Positions 8,436 through 15,773 of a stretch of DNA of 32,000 nt are shown piece after piece (within the stretch, counting starts at the first letter, position 1; each line of letters begins with the position of its first letter). The notes beneath the pieces were generated by a model. That model did not search any database, was not told where the DNA came from, and saw nothing but the letters and a program-made list of their open reading frames with translations. Where the stretch lies: positions 780,001-812,000 of the forward strand of contig NC_009776.1 in NCBI RefSeq assembly GCF_000017945.1. The letters are read 5' to 3'. The translations under genes were made by a program, and so were the position numbers. This DNA is from Ignicoccus hospitalis KIN4/I. Lineage in GTDB: Archaea; Thermoproteota; Thermoprotei_A; Sulfolobales; Ignicoccaceae.

Positions 8436-10094
8436 TTGAAGCAGCTCGCCGCTCTGCTGATCCTGACCTCCTTGGCCTTCGGACTGAGCCAGTGCTACTC
8501 TCAAGTCCGCACGGTCGAGGTGCCGGTGGTGGGCGTAAGCCTCGGGCCCGGGGGAGAGGAGCGCGGGGTGGTCGGCACCTTACAAGTGACCGTCGCCTAC
8601 CCCGGGAAGGGCGAAATCTACGTCGCCTCCGAGCCCTTAACGGAGGTGGATACCCAAGGCGTCGCCCGCGTCGCCGTGCTCGTCGCCTCGGCCTTGGCAC
8701 ACAAGGACTGGACCAAGTACGACTTCTTCTTTAAGTTCAGGACGCCCAGCGTGATAGTTGGCGGCCCCAGCGCCGGGCTAGCGATGACCGTCGCGGCCTA
8801 CTCCGCCCTCACTGGGACCCCCCTTAGGGAGGACGTCGCCGGCACGGGCACGGTGGGGCCCGACGGGGTTGTCGGGCCAGTGGGAGGGGTTTACGCGAAG
8901 ATGGTCGCGGCGGCTAAGAGCGGTTACAAGGTGTTCGTGGTCCCTAAGGGAGAGGAAGTCGTTACGAGGAAAGTAGTAGAAACCGAGCCCCTGCCCTTCG
9001 GGATAGTACAACGCTTGAGGACTGAGAAGGTCAACTTGATAGAGGAGGGGAAGAGGCTGGGCGTGGAAGTAGTCCCGGCCGCAACGGCCTACGACGCCTT
9101 GAGGGTGTGGTTGAAGGGCGCGGAGCTGCCGGAGTGCAAGCCCGACGTCCGGCTGCCAGGGGACGTCTTACGACTGATGAGGGAGTGGAAGGAGCACTAC
9201 TTGAAGCTGTACGAGGGGGCCCGCTCCGAGGCCCGGAGGCTCACCCAAGAGTCCGTCGCCTTGCTCTCCGAAGCTGAAAGGATGGCTAGGGCAGCGGGCG
9301 AGGAAAAGGACCCGTACGAGGCCGTGAACTACGCCTTCACGGCCGCGATACTGGCCGAGGAGGCCAAGTGGTACGACGAGGTGGCCCTTAGCGGCTTCAG
9401 GGCGCTAGTGAAGCTCAGCGACGAGGTGGAGAGTAAAATAAACGAGGCCAATGCTACTATAATGAACAGCTTGACTTATGACGTTAACAAGTTGGATCCG
9501 CTCCTCACCGCGGCCACCAGGGTCCTAAAGGCTTACTACTTCTACCACGCCGCCTTGAACAGCACCGACTTGGGGAACATAATTTATTACTTGGTACTGG
9601 CTAAGTACTACTCCGAGGCAGCCAAGACTTGGATCGCGTTGACCTCTTTGGAGCCGCCGGGACCTAAGGCAGACCCGGAGGCCCTCTGGAGGGACGCCTT
9701 GGCGCTTTACTCCTCCGCCGGCGAGCTATTCGCCTACTACACCACCATAGGCTCTCAAGTGGGCGCGGTCCCCTCGCGCGAGCTCGAGGTGGCGGTGGGG
9801 GTTTACAAGGAGGCCAACGACATGCCGGCGATATACAAGCTGGCGGCCAGCACCTACTTGTCGGCCCTCGTCACCTACAGCCTCCACACAACTTACAACA
9901 TTTCCTCCGAGACCATGATAGACAAGGTGATGGCCGCGCTCAGCTGTAACGCCGCGCTGGCCTTAGACAGGGGGCTCAAGCCCTACGCGGCTGAAATATA
10001 TTACACGAGCGCCAGGGCGTCCGAGGGCGAGGCGGCCTTCTTATACGCCGCCCTAGCGTCCACGCACTTCTTACTGCTCTCGCTGTTAGCTTAG
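8436..10094 (+). CDS. Secreted Lon-like serine protease (S16 domain without AAA+ ATPase; archaeal COG1750 type)
   Basis: Signal peptide MKQLAALLILTSLAFGLSQC, GGPSAGLAMTVAAYSALTG with putative catalytic Ser, and GPVGGVYAKMVAAAKSGYKVFVVPKGE with putative catalytic Lys. Long helical C-terminal region. Confidence 0.88.
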   Translation: MKQLAALLILTSLAFGLSQCYSQVRTVEVPVVGVSLGPGGEERGVVGTLQVTVAYPGKGEIYVASEPLTEVDTQGVARVAVLVASALAHKDWTKYDFFFKFRTPSVIVGGPSAGLAMTVAAYSALTGTPLREDVAGTGTVGPDGVVGPVGGVYAKMVAAAKSGYKVFVVPKGEEVVTRKVVETEPLPFGIVQRLRTEKVNLIEEGKRLGVEVVPAATAYDALRVWLKGAELPECKPDVRLPGDVLRLMREWKEHYLKLYEGARSEARRLTQESVALLSEAERMARAAGEEKDPYEAVNYAFTAAILAEEAKWYDEVALSGFRALVKLSDEVESKINEANATIMNSLTYDVNKLDPLLTAATRVLKAYYFYHAALNSTDLGNIIYYLVLAKYYSEAAKTWIALTSLEPPGPKADPEALWRDALALYSSAGELFAYYTTIGSQVGAVPSRELEVAVGVYKEANDMPAIYKLAASTYLSALVTYSLHTTYNISSETMIDKVMAALSCNAALALDRGLKPYAAEIYYTSARASEGEAAFLYAALASTHFLLLSLLA

Positions 10095-10783
10095 ACCTCT
10101 ACAAACCTCTTCACTATTTCTAAGAAGGTTAAGGCGTTTTTGTACATGTCGTCGTTGTTGAAGTACACGAAGGCTTCCCCTCCCACTCGGAGGACCTCCT
10201 TCGCGAGCTCCTCTAACTCCTCCTCTGAGTAGGAGTAGGCGTAAGGCGGCTTACCCCGGCCGTGTAGCCGGAAGTACGCGTAAGGCCCCGTCCTAGCGTA
10301 AACCTTGAACTTCGTGCTATCCACGCTGACGAAAGTGGCTTCCAACTCACCTAACCTTTTAATGTAATCTTCTCTGAACAGGTCTTCGTTCCTGAACTCC
10401 ACCGCGGCCCTCCGCCCCAAGGAGACGCTCTTCAAGAACTCCTCCAGTTTGGGAAAGTCCTTAGGCCCGAAGCTTGGGGGGAGCTGGAACAAGTAGAACT
10501 TGATTAAGGGGTCTAATGGTTTGAAGACCCTCTTGAACTCCTCCCACGCCTCGTAGCTGTCCGGCCCGAACCTCGAAACGTGGGTAATCCCCCTATACAC
10601 CTTGACGCTCCAGAGCAAGCCCGAGCCCTCCCGTGCCCACCTCTCCACGGCCCTCTCGCCGGGGACCCGGTAGAAGCTCGAGTTCAGCTCGACTGTGTCG
10701 AAGGGGGTGTTCTTCACGTACCCCCTCAAGCCTCCCCTGTTCCAGCGGTAGGCCCACCCGGAGGTGCCCACGTGCACTTTCAT
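10091..10783 (-). CDS. DUF72 family protein
   Basis: VGTSGWAYRW, FDTVELNSSFYRVP, AVEFRNEDLF, YFRLHGRGKPPYAYSYSEEEL and AFVYFNNDDMYKNA. Confidence 0.9.
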   Translation of the reverse strand: MKVHVGTSGWAYRWNRGGLRGYVKNTPFDTVELNSSFYRVPGERAVERWAREGSGLLWSVKVYRGITHVSRFGPDSYEAWEEFKRVFKPLDPLIKFYLFQLPPSFGPKDFPKLEEFLKSVSLGRRAAVEFRNEDLFREDYIKRLGELEATFVSVDSTKFKVYARTGPYAYFRLHGRGKPPYAYSYSEEELEELAKEVLRVGGEAFVYFNNDDMYKNALTFLEIVKRFVEV

Positions 10784-10813
10784 GGCGACGCTGGGGCCCC
10801 TCCCTCGCTGGAA

Positions 10814-10820
10814 CTATAAA
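10814..10820 (+). promoter_or_regulatory. Archaeal TATA box for the transketolase C-terminal subunit gene
   Basis: ctataaa 32 bp upstream of the ATG at 10852, implying a very short leader. Confidence 0.5.
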
Positions 10821-10851
10821 GGGCTTTGGTGGGTCCGGGGTGGGAGAAGTG

Positions 10852-11790
10852 ATGAACGAGTCGCCCCGTAACGCGTTCGGCGAGCAGTTGGTCAAGGAGG
10901 GGGAGAAGAGGAAGGACTTGGTGGTGCTAACCGCCGACGTGGCCGACGCCACGAGGACGAAGTGGTTCGCCGAGAAGTTCCCAGAAAGGTTCATCAATGT
11001 TGGCATTTCCGAACAAAACATGATAGGGATGAGTGCCGGCTTAGCGGCCGTGGGCTTCCAGCCGCTGGTGGCGGCCTTCGCGATGTTCTTGATGAGGGCT
11101 TGGGAGCAAGTTAGGAATACGGTCTGTAGGGCCCACGTTAACGTGAAGATAGTGGGCACCCACGCCGGCTTCTCCGACGCCGGCGACGGCTCCTCCCACC
11201 AAGTGCTAGAAGACGTGGCCCTCATGAGGACGTTGCCCTGTATGAGCGTGGTGGTGCCGGCGGACGCCACCGAGATAAGGAAGGCCTTGCCGGAGGTGTT
11301 GGACTACCCTACGCCAGTTTACATGAGGATAGGAAGAGACTACGGTCCTAAGGTGTACAGCGACAACAACTACGAGTTCAGAGTTGGGGAGGCGGTCTGG
11401 CTCAAGGACGGTTACGACTTCGCGATAATAGGCAACGGCCCCTTGCTGTGGGACGCCTTGGTGGCGGCCGAAAAGCTCGAGAAGGAAGGGACCAGCGTCG
11501 CAGTGATAAACATGCATACGGTGAAGCCTCTGGACACCAAGACGTTAGACAAAGTGGCGGGGAAGTACTCCGGCATAGTTACTGTGGAAGAGCACGGCGT
11601 CAGGGGAGGGCTCGGCTCGGCGGTGGCGGAGTACTTGGTCCAGACCTCTCCGGTGCCCATGGAGATACTCGGCGCCCGCTCGTTCGGAAAGTCAGCCCGA
11701 GACGTGAGACACATTATAATTGCGAACGGACTCGACTTTACCTCTATAATCAACGCTGTGAAAAGGCTCGAGAGGAGGGTTAGAAGATGA
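10852..11790 (+). CDS. Transketolase, C-terminal subunit
   Basis: MNESPRNAFGEQLVKEGEKRKDLVVLTADVADATRT, FINVGISEQNMIGMSAGLAAVG and THAGFSDAGDGSSHQVLEDVALMRTLP. The ORF track's 10633 start extends upstream through the promoter, so 10852 is preferred. Confidence 0.92.
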   Translation: MNESPRNAFGEQLVKEGEKRKDLVVLTADVADATRTKWFAEKFPERFINVGISEQNMIGMSAGLAAVGFQPLVAAFAMFLMRAWEQVRNTVCRAHVNVKIVGTHAGFSDAGDGSSHQVLEDVALMRTLPCMSVVVPADATEIRKALPEVLDYPTPVYMRIGRDYGPKVYSDNNYEFRVGEAVWLKDGYDFAIIGNGPLLWDALVAAEKLEKEGTSVAVINMHTVKPLDTKTLDKVAGKYSGIVTVEEHGVRGGLGSAVAEYLVQTSPVPMEILGARSFGKSARDVRHIIIANGLDFTSIINAVKRLERRVRR

Positions 11791-12833
11791 GCGAGAACCC
11801 GCTCGAGTCCCTTAAGGTTAAGAGGAGAGAACTCGACAAGCTCGATAAAGAGATATTAAGGCTGCTCAAGAGGAGGTTCGAAATCGTCAAGGAGATTACG
11901 GACACCAAGAAGAACTTGGGGCTTCCGGTTTACGACAGAGATAGAGAGGAAGAGGTGATGGTAACTAGGACGGTCTGGGGCTTGGAGCTGGGGATACCCC
12001 AAGAGTTCACTAAGGAGATGTTCAAGATGATACTGGAGGAGTCCAAGAAGATTCAGCTGTACACGCCGGAGAAGGTGTACGTCGGGATTTACGGCTACGG
12101 GGGCATGGGGGAGCAACTGGTGAAGGTGTTCTCCAGGGCGGGACACAGGGTGGTGGTCACCGGGAGGAACTTGGAGAAGGCCGAGGGGTTGGCGAAGAGG
12201 TTCAAGGTCGAGTGGGGGGAGCCGAAGGAGGTGGCGAAGGAGGTCGAGTGGCTCATACTGGCCGTCCCGCCCAAGGCCGTTCCCGGGCTGGTGAAGGAGT
12301 TAGCCCCCCTCATGAGGTCCGGAGCGCTCTTGAGCGACATATCGTCAGTAAAGAAGACGCTTGTAGAAGAGGTGCTAAAGGTCTTGCCAGAGTACATAGA
12401 GTACATCAGCCTCCACCCGCTGTTCGGCCCCGAAGTGGAGCCGCTGGGTGAGACGGTAGTGGTCGTGCCGGTGAAGAGTTACGACTACTGGGTCAGGCTG
12501 GTCCAGAACATATTCGTGTCGATGGGGTTTGAAGTTATCACGAGCACCCCGGAAGAGCACGACAGGGCTATGGCAGTCACCCAAGTCCTCCACCACTTCG
12601 CACTGGTCAGCTTGGACGAGGCTGCTAAGAAGCTGTCCAAAGAGTACGGGGTTGACTACATGAGGTACGCCACCAGGTCGTTCAAGAAGACGCTCGAGAC
12701 TATACAAAGATTGAAGGAGTTAAGCGAGGTCATAGATGAGATACAAGAGATGAACGAGTATGCCGCGCACGCGAGGGAGGAGTTCTTGAAGGTCGCGTCG
12801 CAAATGGACAAGAGGTGGAGGAAAGGCCGTTAA
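11787..12833 (+). CDS. tyrA: Fused chorismate mutase / prephenate dehydrogenase (T-protein type)
   Basis: N-terminal LKVKRRELDKLDKEILRLLKRRFEIVKEI (AroQ chorismate mutase), then YVGIYGYGGMGEQLVKVFSRAGHRVVVTGR and SLHPLFGPE (prephenate dehydrogenase). Overlaps the upstream stop (ATGA). Confidence 0.92.
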   Translation: MSENPLESLKVKRRELDKLDKEILRLLKRRFEIVKEITDTKKNLGLPVYDRDREEEVMVTRTVWGLELGIPQEFTKEMFKMILEESKKIQLYTPEKVYVGIYGYGGMGEQLVKVFSRAGHRVVVTGRNLEKAEGLAKRFKVEWGEPKEVAKEVEWLILAVPPKAVPGLVKELAPLMRSGALLSDISSVKKTLVEEVLKVLPEYIEYISLHPLFGPEVEPLGETVVVVPVKSYDYWVRLVQNIFVSMGFEVITSTPEEHDRAMAVTQVLHHFALVSLDEAAKKLSKEYGVDYMRYATRSFKKTLETIQRLKELSEVIDEIQEMNEYAAHAREEFLKVASQMDKRWRKGR

Positions 12834-12866
12834 CTCCCGATTTTGTGCACACAATGGCGGAGAGAT

Positions 12867-13439
12867 GTGCACATACCGGACGGGTTCTTGAGCTCCCTTG
12901 GGTCGTGTCCACTTACGCCCTCACGCTGACTTACCTCGCCTACGCTTGGAGGAAGGCCAAGGAGTTCTTGAGTGAAGAGAAGTCGGCTTGGGCCAGCGCC
13001 CTCGCCTCGGCGATCTTCGCCGCGCAGATGCTCAACTGGCCCATCCCCGGAGGGCCCTCGCCGACACACTCTTCGGGCCGCGGATAGGAAGCTTGATAAT
13101 GGCCTTGGTTGTCAGCGTACAGTGCTTCTTGATCCGCGACGGCGGGATTACGGCGTTAGGCACCAACATATTCAACATGGGCATAGTTGCCGTGTGGACC
13201 GGCTACCTCGTCTACCGGTTAGGGCTTGGTGGGCGGAACTGGGGGTACTCTCCTAGCGGCCTTCTTGGCGGGCTGGCTGAGCATAGCGGTCGCCGGCGCG
13301 GTTGCTGGGCTAGAGATAGGCTTGAGCCCCTCCTTCCCCTACCGGGGCAGAGGTCACGTTACCAATAATGTTTGATTGGCACTTCTTGCTGGGAGCGGCG
13401 GAAAGGATAATCACAGCCTTGGTAGTTTTTACTACATGA
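12867..13439 (+). pseudogene. cbiM: Degraded cbiM/nikM (ECF cobalt/nickel transporter S component)
   Basis: Homologous segments lie in successive frames: VHIPDGFLSS (from 12867), WVVSTYALTLTYLAYAWRKAKEFLSEEKS...FAAQMLNWPIPGG, ALADTLFGPRIGSLIMALVVSVQCFLIRDGGITALGTNIFNMGIVAVWTGYLVYRL, TLLAAFLAGWLSIAVAGAVAGLEIGLSPSFPY, AEVTLPIMFDWHFLLGAAERIITALVVF. Frameshifts near 12896, 13052, 13244 and 13344. Confidence 0.88.
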
Positions 13440-13451
13440 CCACGCGCGCGG

Positions 13452-13725
13452 GTGGGAGCTGTGAGGGAGGTCTGGTACGTTATTTTGGTTATGCTCGCGA
13501 TGAGCCCGTTGTTCGGCGTGGTACTGGCGGACGCGGTGGGGGCTACCACGAGCCCTTGGACGTAGCCGCCGAGGCTTCGGGGCTCCAAGACGTTACGGAG
13601 AAGCTTAACTGGACGCCTCTGTTGGACTACACCGTGCCCGGTCCCCGGAGACCTTAGGGTACGCGGTCTCTGGCGCGATCGGAGTGGCAGCAGTATACTT
13701 GTTGGGCAAGCTTCTGTTCGACAAG
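13452..13725 (+). pseudogene. Degraded CbiN-like / PDGLE-domain component
   Basis: VREVWYVILVMLAMSPLFGVVLADAVG, then GYHEPLDVAAEASGLQDVTEKLNWTPLLDYTVPG, then PETLGYAVSGAIGVAAVYLLGKLL in three different frames. Shifts near 13539 and 13645. Confidence 0.75.
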
Positions 13726-14260
13726 GTTTTGGCAGGCCTAACGGAGGCGACCGCGGAGGCTGCTAGGGCGCTCTCCTCCAGGAATGCGAGGCCCGAGGCG
13801 CCCCAGCTCTTCCTCGCCGCTGCTCTGGCCTCCACCGCCTTAGCCGCCAACGACCTCTTCCCCGCGTTGGTCGACATGCCCTTAGCTATTTACTTAATCG
13901 TTAGGAACGAATTTAAGAAAACGCTCTTGACTTTGTTGTTCTTTGACGTCGTCGTGTCAACCTCCTTGTTGTTCTCTCAACCCTTCAGAGCGTTGGACTT
14001 CGTGATTAGGAGTTTCTCGTACTCATCCGTTTTCATTTTCCTGACCTCGCTTACCGGGTGGAATGGCTTCGTCAGCTCCTTGCCCGTGCCGGCCAAAATA
14101 AAATTCATGATTAAGGTAATTCCCGTCCAAACGTACTTGAGCCTCAAGGAGCTCAACTCCTTGGTCCTCGCCAGGAAGGCTAGACCCTGGCCTCCCTAGC
14201 GCTGTTGGGGGGTGAACGGCCTCGCTGTGCTTGTGGGACGCTTGGTTCGGGTATGAGGGT
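13726..14260 (+). pseudogene. cbiQ: Degraded cbiQ-like ECF transmembrane (T) component
   Basis: Frame 13684..14199 encodes a multi-TM protein ending abruptly in ARKARPWPP*. The continuation LASLALLGG then VNGLAVLVGRLVRV* lies in two other frames (shifts near 14187 and 14210). Left boundary approximate. Confidence 0.65.
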
Positions 14261-14984
14261 TACGTCTTGAAAGGCGCCAACGCGTGCGTCAAGAGGAACA
14301 CCTTAACTGTCGTAGTAGGCCCAATGGGGTCCGGAAAGAGCACCCTACTCTACGCCCTCGCGGCCCTCTTGCCTCTAGAGAGGGGCTCGGTCACGGTCGA
14401 CGACAAGCCCTTCTCTCAAGCGGACAGGAGGAGGGCTGGGATACTCTTCCAGAACCCTGACGACCAACTCTTCAACGCCACAGTTTACGATGATGTGGCC
14501 TACTCCCTCCGGACCGCGGGGGCGGACGAGGCGGAGGAGAGGGCGTTGGAAGTGTCCGAGAGGCTGGGGGATAAGGGACCTCTTGGGCCGCAACCCCTTC
14601 AAGCTCAGTTACGGCCAGAAGAAGCTGGTGGCGCTGGCCTCGGTGGCGGTTTACGACCCCGAGTCCCTCTTGTTAGATGAGCAAACAGCCAACCTGGACA
14701 AGGGATCTTATGAAATAATCACGTCATTTGTCGAAGAGGCCTTGGAATCCGGCAAAGGGGTCTTCGTCGCTTCTCACGAGCCGGACTGGGCCTCGGTGGC
14801 GGACGAGGTGTACGCGATGAGGGACGGTGAGCCGGTGAGGGTTGACACATTGGGAGCCTTAAGGGAGCTCCCCTTGCCGCCCTCCTGGCTAGCCTTGTTG
14901 GACATCTTCGGGGAGAAAGCTTTGGATATAGTAAGGGAGAAGAGCCCCTTGGGAAGGGGGAAGCTGGTTAGAGAGACGAGCTGA
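14231..14984 (+). pseudogene. cbiO: Degraded cbiO (ECF transporter ATPase)
   Basis: VVVGPMGSGKSTLLYALAALL (Walker A) and ILFQNPDDQLF (Q-loop) in frame 14231. LSYGQKKLVALASVAVYDPESLLLDEQTANLDKG and FVASHEPDWASVADEVYAMRDG in frame 14490. The switch is at the G5 run 14566-14570. Confidence 0.85.
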
Positions 14985-15076
14985 ACGTGCCATCGTGTTG
15001 CTGTTCTATTTTCTAACTCTCTTGTGGAATTCCACAGATCAACATTGGGGCTCAGGGCGACCGAAACCGCGTTTGG

Positions 15077-15257
15077 CATTCAACCCTCTTTTGAGACTTC
15101 ACCCGGGAATAGCGGGTTGAGTGACTGGGTATTGGCACGACCTTTCTATCCTCTCTTGAGACTTCACTCAAGGGTGTTACTCTTATTGAGTGAACACCAT
15201 GTACCAACATCGGATTAACTTCTCTTACGACCTCTCTATCCTCTTTTGAGACTCCGC
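15077..15257 (-). CRISPR. Degenerate CRISPR remnant: 3 repeat-like units, plus a possible fourth at 15010-15035
   Basis: Units at 15077-15102, 15142-15167 and 15232-15257. Plus-strand ctttctatcctctYttgagacttcac; minus-strand form GTGAAGTCTCAARAGAGGATAGAAAG. The outer units match the middle one at 22/26 positions each. Spacings 39 and 64 nt. The AGAAAG minus-strand 3' end resembles crenarchaeal CRISPR repeats. Confidence 0.55.
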
Positions 15258-15428
15258 CGGGCCCTTCCGTGTAAGACTCCCGGATCTTTACCTTAAAAGG
15301 ATTGCGTTCTACCGTTTGTATTGCAGTATCGATCCGGTTACGACATTCTATATTCTTGCCCTAGATCTCTAACGTTACTGGAGATCATGTTGAGATCATG
15401 AACTCCCTAAAAAAGGAGGGAAATGGAG

Positions 15429-15446
15429 GAACATACAGCTATGTTC
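15429..15446. repeat. Perfect inverted repeat GAACATA-CAGC-TATGTTC
   Basis: Direct reading: 7-bp arms and 4-nt loop in intergenic DNA. Confidence 0.6.
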
Positions 15447-15455
15447 GCAAAGCCC

Positions 15456-15773
15456 TTACAGAGCTGACTTAACCAGCTTGCAGAGCGCGAGCGCCAGTCG
15501 GAGGTCGCGTACCACCTTAGGTACGAAGGAGAACCACTTACTGCTGGAAAGTATGGAGTGGCATAAGGCGTCGACGACGTTTAAGATGGTTTCGACATCA
15601 TCCGAGCCGAGTACTAAAGTGATTACAGCGATTGTGAGGCAGAGCGCGATGATGATTGCAATGATTATGAAACAGAGTAAGCGGAGCGCGATGATGATTG
15701 CTAGCAGCTTAAGTATCTCCTCTGGCGACTGGGAGGAGAATTTCATTCTCCCCACCGGGTAGGCGTTGTTCAA
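15456..15773 (-). CDS. Possible small hydrophobic membrane protein (105 aa), uncertain
   Basis: Open frame with a long hydrophobic stretch LLAIIIALRLLCFIIIAIIIALCLTIAVITLVLG. No recognised family and no clear RBS. Confidence 0.3.
   Translation of the reverse strand: MNNAYPVGRMKFSSQSPEEILKLLAIIIALRLLCFIIIAIIIALCLTIAVITLVLGSDDVETILNVVDALCHSILSSSKWFSFVPKVVRDLRLALALCKLVKSAL
15642..15701. repeat. Direct repeat of 18 bp (gagcgcgatgatgattgc) at 15642-15659 and 15684-15701
   Basis: Identical copies 42 bp apart (14 codons, in frame), encoding the repeated IIAIIIAL on the minus strand. Confidence 0.7.
15718..15756. repeat. Two adjacent, mutually exclusive hairpins
   Basis: TCTCCTC-tggcgactgg-GAGGAGA and the overlapping GGAGAAT-TTC-ATTCTCC. 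Confidence 0.55.

Noticed and set aside
10633-10851. N-terminal extension of the transketolase ORF
   Set aside because: Runs antisense over the DUF72 start and through the TATA box at 10814. Homology begins at 10852.
10849-10855. GTGATGA, a perfect C-box string
   Set aside because: At the transketolase start codon with no D box (CTGA) at suitable spacing.
12972-13256. 94-aa Arg/Pro-rich ORF (and similar overlapping ORFs in 12815-13657)
   Set aside because: Only portions of these frames show CbiM/CbiN similarity. The independent ORF calls are artefacts of the frameshifted operon.
12867-14984. Programmed ribosomal frameshifting to produce CbiM/N/Q/O
   Set aside because: Too many shifts in both directions, and at least one segment (GTSGH) is missing at DNA level. 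Decay is simpler, though sequencing error remains to be tested.
15401-15427. aactccctaaaaaaggagggaaatgg, resembles some crenarchaeal CRISPR repeats
   Set aside because: Single copy, with no second instance at repeat-spacer distance.
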